64,000 bases of DNA from an uncultured Lachnospiraceae bacterium (GTDB taxonomy: Bacteria; Bacillota; Clostridia; Lachnospirales; Lachnospiraceae): the NCBI GenBank assembly GCA_910586275.1, contig CAJUIM010000002.1, positions 3,832 through 67,831 on the forward strand. Direction: 5' to 3'. Below the pieces are notes generated by a model. That model was not told where the DNA came from, made no database searches, and was given only the letters and a program-made list of their open reading frames with translations. Position numbers and translations under genes: made by a program. Of this stretch, positions 27,017 through 36,897 are shown piece after piece (position 1 is the stretch's first letter; each line of letters starts with the position of its first letter).

Positions 27017-27760
27017 TTAATCCGGATCTATGCCCCGCCGCTGCAGTCCCAGCGGCAGTTCCAGCCCATTTTCCTCCAATAGCTGCCTATCGCGCAGAAT
27101 ATCCTCCGTCCTTCCGTCCCTGACTATCTTCCCTTCAAAAAGCAATATCGTCCTTCCGCATGTATCCCAAATCATGTCCAGATCATGGGATGCTATCACT
27201 TTTGCCGCACTGAGTTCATTTAAAACAGAAATCAAGTTCCTGCGGTTCCTCGGGTCCAAGGCTATGGACGGCTCGTCCAGCAGCATAATCTCCGGCTCCA
27301 TGGATAAAACCGTGGCCAGAGAAGCCAGCTTCTTCTGCCCCCCGGACATCCGGTAAATCTGCCGGTCCCTTAAATCCTCCAAATGTACTTTCCGAAGTGC
27401 TTCCATTGTGCGCCGCTCTGTCTCTTCTTCGCAGCAGCCATAATTACGCGGCCCAAATGCCACATCCTCATATACGGTAGAAAGAAACAGCTGACTGTCC
27501 GAATCCTGAAATACATATCCGGCGTTCTTCCGGACCGCCGCCAGATTCCTTTTTTCCACCGATGCACCGCCCACATAGACTCTCCCTTGATAACCGTCAG
27601 CCAAACCCACCAACAGCTTCAGCAGCGTGGACTTTCCAACCCCATTTGCCCCTATCAGTCCCACGGACTCCCCTTCCGTCACGCGGAAGCTTACATTATG
27701 CAATACCTGATTCCCATTGGGATAAGCAAAGCATAAGTTCTCCACTTTTATTTTATCCAA
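27017..27760 (-). CDS. ECF transporter ATPase (CbiO/NikO)
   Basis: GANGVGKST, MSGGQKK, LLDEP, SHD. Confidence 0.9.
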   Translation of the reverse strand: MDKIKVENLCFAYPNGNQVLHNVSFRVTEGESVGLIGANGVGKSTLLKLLVGLADGYQGRVYVGGASVEKRNLAAVRKNAGYVFQDSDSQLFLSTVYEDVAFGPRNYGCCEEETERRTMEALRKVHLEDLRDRQIYRMSGGQKKLASLATVLSMEPEIMLLDEPSIALDPRNRRNLISVLNELSAAKVIASHDLDMIWDTCGRTILLFEGKIVRDGRTEDILRDRQLLEENGLELPLGLQRRGIDPD

Positions 27761-27854
27761 ATCCTGTCCCTCTTTTCAGCCCGTGGGACGCATAATGAAG
27801 TCATATCCGCCTTCTGCATACGCTGAAATATGCCTATGATTTCATCCACGCCTT

Positions 27855-28655
27855 CTATATGCGCTGCAGCAGGTTTCCTGTCAGTTCGAACACGGGAACT
27901 GCACGAAAGCAGGCAATAGCCATGCCCCAAAGCAGAACATAGCTGATGCTGATGCCTTTTTCCCACCGAAAATATTTCCCTGCAAACTCCCCATGATACC
28001 CCCGCAGCAGCATGCTTTCATATACCGTTTCCGCCCTGTCAATGCTCCGCAGAAGGAGCTGACCCACGAATGCGCCCCATGCTTTTATATGAATCCCCCT
28101 CTGCCCCGGTGCCCGAAGTTTATAAGCCTGCATCATCCTCTCTGCTTCTTTCAGCAGAACGATAAGATAACGGTAAATAAGAAGCAGTGCCGTCACAAAC
28201 TCCTTTGGCACATGCAGGCAACGCAGACTGTAGCAAATACCCTCCATTCCGATCTCCCACATCAGAAGATAAGAGGAAGCCGCACAGAAAATTCCTTTCA
28301 GCATCAGCGTTGCCATAGAAATCATCCCTCCCGTTACCCCGTTTTGCCCAATCCGCCAATAAACTTCCCTGTCCAAAAAGGGATTTGCAGCCCCTGCTAT
28401 GCCTGTCAAAACCAAAACCGGAAAAATCCTGCCTGCCATATCTTTCACCGATATTCCGTCCCATATGCCGAAAATCAGCAGATAAGGCAGCATTCCCGAC
28501 AGTCCCGCGATATCATAGCGGCCAAAGGAAACCACTGCCACCGCATACCATAAAGCTACAAGCAGACGAGCCAGCGGATGAACCGCCCCGGCCCGGCCCT
28601 GCCGCCCCGCATCCGCCGCGTGAATATTATGTATGGCTCTCCCCAGTTTATTCAT
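27855..28655 (-). CDS. ECF transmembrane component (CbiQ/NikQ)
   Basis: HPLARL, YRYL, SIDRAE.VYESMLLRGY. Confidence 0.88.
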   Translation of the reverse strand: MNKLGRAIHNIHAADAGRQGRAGAVHPLARLLVALWYAVAVVSFGRYDIAGLSGMLPYLLIFGIWDGISVKDMAGRIFPVLVLTGIAGAANPFLDREVYWRIGQNGVTGGMISMATLMLKGIFCAASSYLLMWEIGMEGICYSLRCLHVPKEFVTALLLIYRYLIVLLKEAERMMQAYKLRAPGQRGIHIKAWGAFVGQLLLRSIDRAETVYESMLLRGYHGEFAGKYFRWEKGISISYVLLWGMAIACFRAVPVFELTGNLLQRI

Positions 28656-29679
28656 TTTTTGCCGCCCGGTTCCGGAAAAAACGGAACAGAAAACTGCAGC
28701 CGACACAAAGCAGGATTACCGCCGCCCCTCCCACAATACCGGAAAATGCAGTTCCTGCGGCCGACTCACTGTTTTTCCACGCATAGTCCGGAAGCACCGC
28801 CGTTGTTTCTTGGACACGCCCCGCCATTTCATAAGCACGGCCCTCTGCTTCCAATTCCGATGTTTCGGCCACTCTTTCCATAGACCACTCCAATCCGTCC
28901 GGATCGGAAGAGGCCGCAAGGGACAGCAGCCCGCCCGTCACAGCCGCAGCTGCCAGCAATGCGGCAACCGTCCCTTTATAAGTGAATCTGCCTTTCTTTC
29001 CTTCTTCCCCCTGCTTCTGTCCGCATCCGGCCCAACCGGTATGCCCCCATAACAATTCCGGCCTGGCCTCATAAATAAAGCACAGTACGGCAGCCGTAAT
29101 CAGCCCCTCCACCAATCCGATGGCCAGATGAATCGGCTGCATCACTGCCGCAAAAGCTGCAAAAGGAAGTTCCGTCACCCCCGAAGCAAGCGTTTCCAAC
29201 GTCACCGAAAATGCGCCAAGCTGCAGCGTGGCCATACATCCAAGCACGGATGCAGCGGCAATCTTTCTTTTCGATATCCCCCTCTTCATTATTTGCCTCC
29301 AGATTACCATGGCTCCGATAAAACACCCGTAAAATGCCATATTCCAGATATTACAGCCCAGTGCAAGCAATCCCCCGTCCGCAAACATCAGACACTGCAC
29401 CAGCAATACCCCTATCATTGCCAGAAATCCCGCTTCCGGCCCCAAAACTGCAGAAAGCAGCATGCCTCCGCACAAATGCCCCGAAGACCCCGTCCCCGGA
29501 ATCGAGAAGTTTATCATCTGCGCCGCAAACACAAATGCCCCCATAACCCCTATGACTGGAATCTTCCGGGCATCATTCTCTAACCTTACTTTCCTGATAG
29601 AATAAGCCATAGCTGCCCCGGAACAGGCATACATAGTCCCTGCCACCACCGGAGTAACCAACGCATCTGCCATATGCAT
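28648..29679 (-). CDS. ECF substrate component CbiM/NikM fused to a PDGLE domain
   Basis: MHMAD N-terminus, FAAQMINF, GSSGH, PDGLE, PDY. Confidence 0.9.
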   Translation of the reverse strand: MHMADALVTPVVAGTMYACSGAAMAYSIRKVRLENDARKIPVIGVMGAFVFAAQMINFSIPGTGSSGHLCGGMLLSAVLGPEAGFLAMIGVLLVQCLMFADGGLLALGCNIWNMAFYGCFIGAMVIWRQIMKRGISKRKIAAASVLGCMATLQLGAFSVTLETLASGVTELPFAAFAAVMQPIHLAIGLVEGLITAAVLCFIYEARPELLWGHTGWAGCGQKQGEEGKKGRFTYKGTVAALLAAAAVTGGLLSLAASSDPDGLEWSMERVAETSELEAEGRAYEMAGRVQETTAVLPDYAWKNSESAAGTAFSGIVGGAAVILLCVGCSFLFRFFRNRAAKNE

Positions 29680-29906
29680 AACCGCTTCCTCCTTCCTCTC
29701 CCTTCTTACTCCTACTATAATATTGGATACCTTCCCGTTTGTCTACCCTTATCTTCTTTTCCTTATGAAAATCAGTTTTGTGCCTGCAGACAACGTTCCG
29801 GCAGGAACCGGTTCCGCCGTAAATGTTTCGTTCTTAATACATAGTCCCCGGGGATACGCATGATTTTTATAAAGCAGACTCCGCGCTCTCACGCGGCAAG
29901 AACAGC

Positions 29907-29948
29907 GTGGGAAACGCCATGAAGAAAGAATTTATGGCGTTTCCCATA
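29907..29948 (-). terminator. glnA terminator-like hairpin
   Basis: TGGGAAACGCCAT...ATGGCGTTTCCCA. Confidence 0.65.
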
Positions 29949-29964
29949 CTTGAATAACATTGAT

Positions 29965-31401
29965 TTACAGATCATAATACATCTTAAACTCTGCCGGATT
30001 GGGGATCTGCTCCAGCTTCTTCAGTTCTTCCCGTTTTCTGGCTACCCAGACATCAATGAGCCTTTGCGGGAACACACCGCCCTTCAGCAGATAAGCATGA
30101 TCTGCTTCCAATGCATCCAGCGCTTCCCCTAAGGATTTCGGAAGTCCCTTGATTTTCTTCTGCTCCTCTTCCGACAGCGTATACAAATTGAAATCATAAG
30201 GCCCCCAGCCATTGGCCTCCGGGTCAATCTGATTCTCAATGCCGTCCAGCCCGGCCATCAGAATTGCCGCATAGGCATAATAGGGATTGGCCGTCGCATC
30301 CGGATTACGCAGTTCAAACCGTTTTGTATCCGGCGACTTTGCATATGCGGGAATACGGATTACCGCACTGCGGTTGGAAGTTGCATAGCCCACCGTCACG
30401 GGTGCTTCAAACCCCGGCACAAGGCGTTTAAACGAATTTGTGGACGGATTGGTAAATGCGCACAGCGACCCAATATGCTTCAGCAGCCCTCCCATAAAAT
30501 AATGTGCCGTACGGCTCAGCCCCGAGTAACCGTTCTCATCATAGAACAGCGGCTTCCCGTCTTTCATCAGCAGCATATGCACATGCATGCCGCTGCCGGC
30601 CTCCTGATAGACAGGCTTCGGCAGGAAAGTAGCCGTCTTACCTTCCCGGGCCGCCATATTCTTAATAATATATTTGATAATCATGGTATTGTCCGCCATG
30701 GCCGGCATATCTGCAAGTTCTACCTCTATTTCCATCTGACCCGGGCCGCCTACCTCATGATGATGATATTTCACCTTAATGCCCCAGTCCTCCATCAGCA
30801 TGCACATCCGGCTCCTTAAATCATATCCCACATCCTGCGGAGCCGCCACATGATAGCCCCCTTTATGCGGAACTTCAAATCCGTTATTTCCCGGCCTTCC
30901 CGGCTCCAAGCTGGCATTCCAGTCTGCCTGCCTGGTATCGATCCGATACCCGCACTGCTGCGGCGACACTTCATAACGGGCGGAATCAAACAGATAAAAC
31001 TCAAATTCCGGCCCGATTACCATCCGGTCCGCTATGCCGCTTTCCTTCATATAATCCATTGCCCGAAGGCTTACGTTTTTCGGGTATTGATCAAACGGCT
31101 TGTTTTCCCCCTTGCCAATCGTGCAGACATTCCCGCACATGGTAAGCGTAGGCACCTCGGCAAACGGATCCACATATGCCGTATCCGGATCCGGCAGAAA
31201 TACCATATCGCTCTTTTCCACCGGCGCATATCCGTAATTGGAGCCGTCAAAGCCAATGCCGTAAGTAAAAGTACTCTCGCCAAACCTTTCCACGGGAATC
31301 GTAATATGCCTCCACCTCCCGTCGATATCCGTCATTTTAAAGTCAATCATACGGATTTGTTTTTCCTCGCACAACTTCTTGATTTCTTTTATCTTGTCCA
31401 T
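29965..31401 (-). CDS. glnA: Glutamine synthetase type I
   Basis: FDGSN, GPEFEF, HHHEV, GSGMHVH, NRSAVIRIP, RFELRNPD. Confidence 0.95.
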   Translation of the reverse strand: MDKIKEIKKLCEEKQIRMIDFKMTDIDGRWRHITIPVERFGESTFTYGIGFDGSNYGYAPVEKSDMVFLPDPDTAYVDPFAEVPTLTMCGNVCTIGKGENKPFDQYPKNVSLRAMDYMKESGIADRMVIGPEFEFYLFDSARYEVSPQQCGYRIDTRQADWNASLEPGRPGNNGFEVPHKGGYHVAAPQDVGYDLRSRMCMLMEDWGIKVKYHHHEVGGPGQMEIEVELADMPAMADNTMIIKYIIKNMAAREGKTATFLPKPVYQEAGSGMHVHMLLMKDGKPLFYDENGYSGLSRTAHYFMGGLLKHIGSLCAFTNPSTNSFKRLVPGFEAPVTVGYATSNRSAVIRIPAYAKSPDTKRFELRNPDATANPYYAYAAILMAGLDGIENQIDPEANGWGPYDFNLYTLSEEEQKKIKGLPKSLGEALDALEADHAYLLKGGVFPQRLIDVWVARKREELKKLEQIPNPAEFKMYYDL

Positions 31402-31746
31402 AATACTGTCCCTTTCCCGTGATATACCTTGCCTGGCCACTGCTTTGCCCGGCCAAGCAATTTCACGCATATAATATTCCCTGCTTTCGCCTCTCTCTGC
31501 ACTCTATCGGTGCAAAATACTGTCTTTTACATGATTATACCATAAACAGTCATCATCCTGCACTACCCTTTTTCATTATCGCAAGGCACAATCTAAAACT
31601 ATGGTACACGGACAATTCTTCCACGGCACAAAAATTTTTCCATGAAAAAACAGGAAACCATTTCTTGGTTTCCTGTCTTGGCATGCCGTTTTTGTGTGGA
31701 GACGGTTATTCCGTTTTTTAATGGCATCCATTCTATAAAGCGGAAT

Positions 31747-32334
31747 TTATCTATAAAACGCAATATAACCGGCTTCTTTTGGGTGGTCTGCAATTAGGAC
31801 ATCCCTTTCTTTTAACACATTACATGCAATAATTAAATCAGCTCCGGCGGAAATAAAATTGACAATCATAGTAAGGAAAGACACTGTGCCCGGATATATA
31901 AAAACGAAAAATACGCTGCCAAAACCTAATACTACAAAAGGAGCTAAAACGCCAAATAAATAGGGTTTCTTTTCTAATGCCACTTTGCAGGCACAGCTTG
32001 GCATCATTGCATTCCTATTAAAACGAACCACATTCCAGCCTTTTCCGCTTGCAACCGCCCAGCCTACACCATGCAATAATTCATGTATAACAACTGAAAT
32101 TGCAATAATCGCTATAAATAAAATATAAAATGAAAGCCCGCTTACCTCTAACAAATATGCTCTTTCAACTAACAAAAAACGATACAGCAAGCCAAAAACT
32201 ATTACAAATGGAAGTGCATAAAAAACACCTAAAATCATTGCCTTTCCAGAAGTAATGGTAACGTCTTTTTCATGATAACCCTGTTCCTGTAATTGTCCTC
32301 TTATTTTTTCAAAATTTTCGCTATGCTCCCCCAT
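31747..32334 (-). CDS. DUF3267-like membrane zinc metalloprotease
   Basis: IHELLHG motif with flanking TM helices and GAD. Confidence 0.8.
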   Translation of the reverse strand: MGEHSENFEKIRGQLQEQGYHEKDVTITSGKAMILGVFYALPFVIVFGLLYRFLLVERAYLLEVSGLSFYILFIAIIAISVVIHELLHGVGWAVASGKGWNVVRFNRNAMMPSCACKVALEKKPYLFGVLAPFVVLGFGSVFFVFIYPGTVSFLTMIVNFISAGADLIIACNVLKERDVLIADHPKEAGYIAFYR

Positions 32335-32795
32335 TGAAATTACCCTCCTCATGCTTCCTGTTCACCAAAGCGGAACCGGAACGGTGCGGCGATAAACCGC
32401 CGCTTTATGTTGTCCTCGATATCCTTGCTGACGTGTCCGTTTTCAAGGGACACAAGACGGATTCGCCTGTTGCAATGCCGTAACTGGCGCGGCCGGCTTT
32501 GCTATTTACTGCTTTGAAGTTTGTCTGCGTTCTTTTTCTTCTTATTGCTTTTAACCCACCATGTACCTGCCAATGAGCAGCTGCCGCCTAAAATAAACAC
32601 AACAAAAATAATAAGCTATAAACCCTCAGATCTGCTTCTTTACCTCTCCCTCATAGGCATGTCAAATTCAGTATAGAAATCATCCCCTCATTGAGTATAA
32701 ATTATTTTTATTTTAGTGTCAAATATTTCATACTTTTTAGACTAAAAATATTGCTTGTCTTTTCAGTGACAAGCAACAAGCAACATTAGTTCTGA

Positions 32796-33113
32796 CTATT
32801 GAATTTTTTTGTATATCAGAATTGCGGCCACCTCAACCGTAAGCACAATATCGTATATCCATTGAATGCAAAAAGCAACTGTATCGTAATTTATGGGAAT
32901 ACAGTCTGATATTTTTGCAAAAAAATTAATAAGGAAAATGAATACAATCATAGAAATAATACTTGCTTTTCCGATGATTGCCCGTCCTCTTTCATCACGC
33001 GAAGATTTTATAAAAAATAGAACAATCAAAATAATCGTAATGGGCAAACCATACCATATCCCTGTCAACAGGATTTGTCTATTATTCACAAGTTCATTTA
33101 GTATCTCAATCAC
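32796..33113 (-). CDS. Small membrane protein
   Basis: Three hydrophobic helices and a DERG motif; coupled to the XRE gene. Confidence 0.7.
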   Translation of the reverse strand: MIEILNELVNNRQILLTGIWYGLPITIILIVLFFIKSSRDERGRAIIGKASIISMIVFIFLINFFAKISDCIPINYDTVAFCIQWIYDIVLTVEVAAILIYKKIQ

Positions 33114-33334
33114 TTTTGTACCTCCGAAAAATCAAATAAGTCTTCAATCGTTACATCAAATACTTTTGAGATGCTATATGCTAACATCATAGAGGGATTA
33201 TAACGATTTCGTTCAAGCTGCATAATTGTTTGTCTTGAGACACCCACCAAATCAGCAAGTTCTTGTTGCGTCATTCTCTTTGTGGCTCTGTACACATGGA
33301 TTTTACTTTCAAACTGATATTTATTCCTTGCCAA
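33110..33334 (-). CDS. XRE-family regulator
   Basis: MTQQELADLVGVSRQTIMQLERNRYNPS. Confidence 0.92.
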   Translation of the reverse strand: MARNKYQFESKIHVYRATKRMTQQELADLVGVSRQTIMQLERNRYNPSMMLAYSISKVFDVTIEDLFDFSEVQK

Positions 33335-33480
33335 TGGTTCGCCGCCTTTCTTTGCCGTTATTAATATTTAGCAGATACGAGCATAACATATCTCTTGCAT
33401 TTTGTCGAATAAAGATTTTGGCAGTCTGTCTCTTGTTTTCGGCTGCTTGCTTCTTTACCGTGTATAAGCGTGAAAAGAGG

Positions 33481-33620
33481 GCAGGAAACAACATAATATT
33501 GCAGAGAGGGGCAGAAAACAGTATAATATTGCAGAAAGACAGAAAACGGTATAAGATTGCAGAGGGGCAGAAAACAATAAATATTGCAGAGCGAGCAGAA
33601 AACAGTTCAAGATTACAGAA
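33481..33620 (+). repeat. Five degenerate ~28 bp tandem repeats
   Basis: Unit about GCAGAAAACAGTATAATATTGCAGAGRGG. Confidence 0.85.
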
Positions 33621-33632
33621 ATGAGGAGAATT

Positions 33633-34400
33633 ATGTTTCGATTGATTATTTGCTTTATTGCAGGGATTGGTGCCGGCCTCGGCACCGGATTTGCCGGAAT
33701 GAGCGCGGCGGCAGTAATCAGCCCGATGCTGATTACCTTTCTCGGGCTGCCGGCTTATGAAGCCGTGGGAATTGCATTGGCCAGCGATGTTCTGGCAAGT
33801 GCCGTCAGTGCATACACTTACGGGAAAAATAAGAATCTGGATATACGGAACGGTCTGGTAATGATGGTAACGGTGCTGCTATGCACCCTGCTGGGAAGCT
33901 GGGCGGCGAGCCGGATGCCCAACACTGCCATGGGCAGCTTTTCCGTATTTATGACATTGCTGTTGGGAATTAAGTTCATTGTCAGACCGGTTATGACCAC
34001 AAAAGAAGCCATGGCGGCCGTCAGCGTCAGGAAACGGATGGCGCAGTCGGCAATCAGCGGCATTGTGGTTGGATTTATCTGCGGTTTTATCGGAGCCGGC
34101 GGCGGTATGATGATGCTGTTAATCCTCACCGGCATTCTGGGATACGAATTAAAGACTGCAGTGGGGACAAGCGTATTTATCATGGCATTCACTGCCTTTA
34201 CCGGGGCAGTCAGCCATTTTGCCATCGGAGGCATGCCCGATTTATGGTGTCTGCTGTTCTGTGTGGTCTTTACCCTGCTCTGGGCACGAATAGCCGCCAA
34301 GTTTGCAAACAGAGCCAGTGCCGTCACCCTGAACCGGGCAACCGGAATAGTGCTGGCCGTTTTGGGCATCGCTATCCTTGCCGTAAATTATTTTCAATAA
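33633..34400 (+). CDS. TSUP (TauE/SafE) family exporter
   Basis: Multi-TM; GFIGAGGG and AVGTS. Confidence 0.88.
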   Translation: MFRLIICFIAGIGAGLGTGFAGMSAAAVISPMLITFLGLPAYEAVGIALASDVLASAVSAYTYGKNKNLDIRNGLVMMVTVLLCTLLGSWAASRMPNTAMGSFSVFMTLLLGIKFIVRPVMTTKEAMAAVSVRKRMAQSAISGIVVGFICGFIGAGGGMMMLLILTGILGYELKTAVGTSVFIMAFTAFTGAVSHFAIGGMPDLWCLLFCVVFTLLWARIAAKFANRASAVTLNRATGIVLAVLGIAILAVNYFQ

Positions 34401-34516
34401 AAAGCGGAACGTTTCCAATATCATTAAGTTCAGCCGCAAAAACGCGCCGGGAAAGCATAGCATTCCCGAAACGGACTGCGGTTTGACTAAGTGATTATGA
34501 AAACGTTCCGCTTTTT
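34399..34516. repeat. Long imperfect palindrome between convergent genes
   Basis: AAAAAGCGGAACGTTT...AAACGTTCCGCTTTTT with further inner pairing. Confidence 0.7.
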
Positions 34517-34517
34517 A

Positions 34518-36662
34518 TTATGCCTGCTTCAGCCGGAAGCGGTTCACCAATTCATGCAGACGTTTGGACTGACCGGATAATTCCGCGCTTGTCGCCGCGC
34601 TGTTTTGTGCGGAAGAAGTATTGGACTGAATTACGTCGTTAATCAAATCCACATTCTCTGTCAGTTTTTCCAATACCATCTTCTGATTTTGCGAAGCATT
34701 GCTGATCTTTTCCATGGAATATAAGATATCCCCGGAACCATTCACCACGGCTGCCAGAGATTTGGCCGTATTGTCCGTGATTGCAAGGCCGTTTTCCACA
34801 GCTTCCTGAGAACTTTCAATCAACGCCGCCGTTTGGTTGACAGCCTCCGCACTCTTAGTTGCCAGATCTCGGATTTCATTTGCCACCACCGCAAACCCTC
34901 TTCCTGCCTGCCCTGCCCGGGCCGCTTCAATGGAAGCATTCAGAGAAAGCAGACTCGTCTCCGAAGCTATGTCCTCGATAGTCTGCACTATCTTCTTTAT
35001 TTCACCGGAAGTATGGCTGATTTCCGACATAGCCTGAATCAAATGCTCCATCTTGGCATTGCTTTCCTCAATCTGCCTTCCCACTTCCGAAACGATGGCG
35101 TTGGCAGACTGTGCGTCCATCGCATTCGCCGCCACGTCATTTGACAGGCTTTCTATGGAAGCTGCCAGCTGCTCAATGGCTGCGGCTTGTTCCGTAGCGC
35201 CGTCGGAAAGAACCTGTGCGCCTGCCGACACGTTATCCGAACTGGCAGAAACCTCATTGGCAGAAAGAATAATCTGCTGCAGAGTATCATTCAGCGACTG
35301 TGAAATCTTCTCGATGGATTTCTGAATCGGAATAAAATCTCCGATATAATTCTGCTCAATGGAAATATCCATATTATTCTCCGCCATCTGAGAAAGTTGT
35401 CCGGAAATATCCTCCACATAATTGCTTATAATTGCGCTGATATGATTAAAAGCCTGTGAAAGATGCCCCAGTTCATCATCCGACTCAATGTCAATATGGA
35501 TATTCAGATCTCCGGCTTCCAACTTGGCCGCCCCGTCGGCAATCAGCTGAATCGGATCCAGAAACCTTTTGATAATGCGATTCACCGCATATAGCAGACT
35601 AATCCCCAATAGCACTACTAAAAAAGTTAATTTCCCCGCCCCTTCTATAATAGGCCCGTAGAATTCGCTTCTGTCAACGGTAAGATGCAACGTCCATTTT
35701 GTCTTGCCGTTCACTTCCACAGGAATGGCAACGGAAATCCCTTTTTTCCCTGTGCCATAATTTCTTCCTTTGCTTATGAGGAAACGGCTGTTGATCTGCT
35801 CTCCTTCCGGCATGGAATGAATTTCCTCCGCATCCGCCGCCATCATGTCATATCCGGCATCCGCAGCGGCCAATCCCACCTTTGTGCTGTCGGCAGAATC
35901 CACTAAGATAGTGCCGTCTTCCGCCAAAGCTGTCAGATGGGCAGAATTAAAGTCAGTGCTGACTAATAACTGCTCCTGCATATTGTCCAAGCCCATATCC
36001 ACACCGGTTACCCCAAGAAATTCCCCTTCCGCATCCCAAACCGGCGCGATAATACTGATCATCATAATATTTTTTCCCATTAATTCATAGATATAAGGAT
36101 CCATGATATATGGTTCGCCGGTTTCCTTAATCTGCATATAATATTCTTTCTCATAATTGTCAAATGCATCCTCATGCTTTTCAAAAACATACCCCGTATT
36201 GCTTTCATCGGGATATACCACCGATTCATAGGCCATATCCCTTTTATGTACCGCGTAAGGTTCCCCGTTAGCGTCTGCAATGGTATTCTGCTCAAAATAG
36301 GCAAATCCTGTGGGATACCCGCCTCCGGTTTCCAAAAGTCCCACTAAGGCAGTGTCAATGGCAGCTCTCTGTTCTTTCGGATCCAATGCGGAAATATTCC
36401 GGAGCGAACCGGCAAATCCTGTCACTTTCCCGTATGCATTTTCAATATCATTGGAAACCAAGAATGCATTTTCAAAAGCAACTGCCGCCAACTTTTCCCG
36501 ATTTACCCGAATCAATGATCTTGCAGCAAGAAAAGCGGCCATAATAATGGTCAATAAAAAGATGATGGCAACTATCAGTGCCATTTTTGAGATAATCTTT
36601 TTGCTGAGACTGCTGCCATTGCCTGCATGCACTGTCCCGGCTTCCTTTTCCTGATGTAACAT
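34518..36662 (-). CDS. Methyl-accepting chemotaxis protein with dCache-like sensor
   Basis: TM, YY..K..G.PYIMDPY, HAMP, LSLNASIEAARAGQAGRGFAVVA. Confidence 0.95.
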   Translation of the reverse strand: MLHQEKEAGTVHAGNGSSLSKKIISKMALIVAIIFLLTIIMAAFLAARSLIRVNREKLAAVAFENAFLVSNDIENAYGKVTGFAGSLRNISALDPKEQRAAIDTALVGLLETGGGYPTGFAYFEQNTIADANGEPYAVHKRDMAYESVVYPDESNTGYVFEKHEDAFDNYEKEYYMQIKETGEPYIMDPYIYELMGKNIMMISIIAPVWDAEGEFLGVTGVDMGLDNMQEQLLVSTDFNSAHLTALAEDGTILVDSADSTKVGLAAADAGYDMMAADAEEIHSMPEGEQINSRFLISKGRNYGTGKKGISVAIPVEVNGKTKWTLHLTVDRSEFYGPIIEGAGKLTFLVVLLGISLLYAVNRIIKRFLDPIQLIADGAAKLEAGDLNIHIDIESDDELGHLSQAFNHISAIISNYVEDISGQLSQMAENNMDISIEQNYIGDFIPIQKSIEKISQSLNDTLQQIILSANEVSASSDNVSAGAQVLSDGATEQAAAIEQLAASIESLSNDVAANAMDAQSANAIVSEVGRQIEESNAKMEHLIQAMSEISHTSGEIKKIVQTIEDIASETSLLSLNASIEAARAGQAGRGFAVVANEIRDLATKSAEAVNQTAALIESSQEAVENGLAITDNTAKSLAAVVNGSGDILYSMEKISNASQNQKMVLEKLTENVDLINDVIQSNTSSAQNSAATSAELSGQSKRLHELVNRFRLKQA

Positions 36663-36897
36663 AAAAACTCCTCCATGATATTATTTATTACGCATTTTAT
36701 ATAATATCCTTATCTCTCAAAAAAGTCAAACCTTCAAATGCCATCCTTCCCGGAAATCAATTTTCCGTTTTACGCCTGTGGCGGTGTTTCAGCCGGTAGC
36801 ATGCCAAAAGTAAGAATACATTTTATTGCCTTATTTCCTTTTCTAAGCTATAATAAGGATTAACGATACAAGCAAAACATATAAACGGAGGTACAAA

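Noticed and set aside
29690..29905. NiCo or cobalamin riboswitch upstream of the ECF genes
   Set aside because: Could not find the conserved motifs by eye; an Infernal search against Rfam would settle it
33481..33620. CRISPR array
   Set aside because: Units are contiguous and degenerate with no unique spacers, and no cas genes are present
33226..33685. Repetitive ORFs across the tandem repeat
   Set aside because: Products of the DNA repeat that overlap real genes; no RBS
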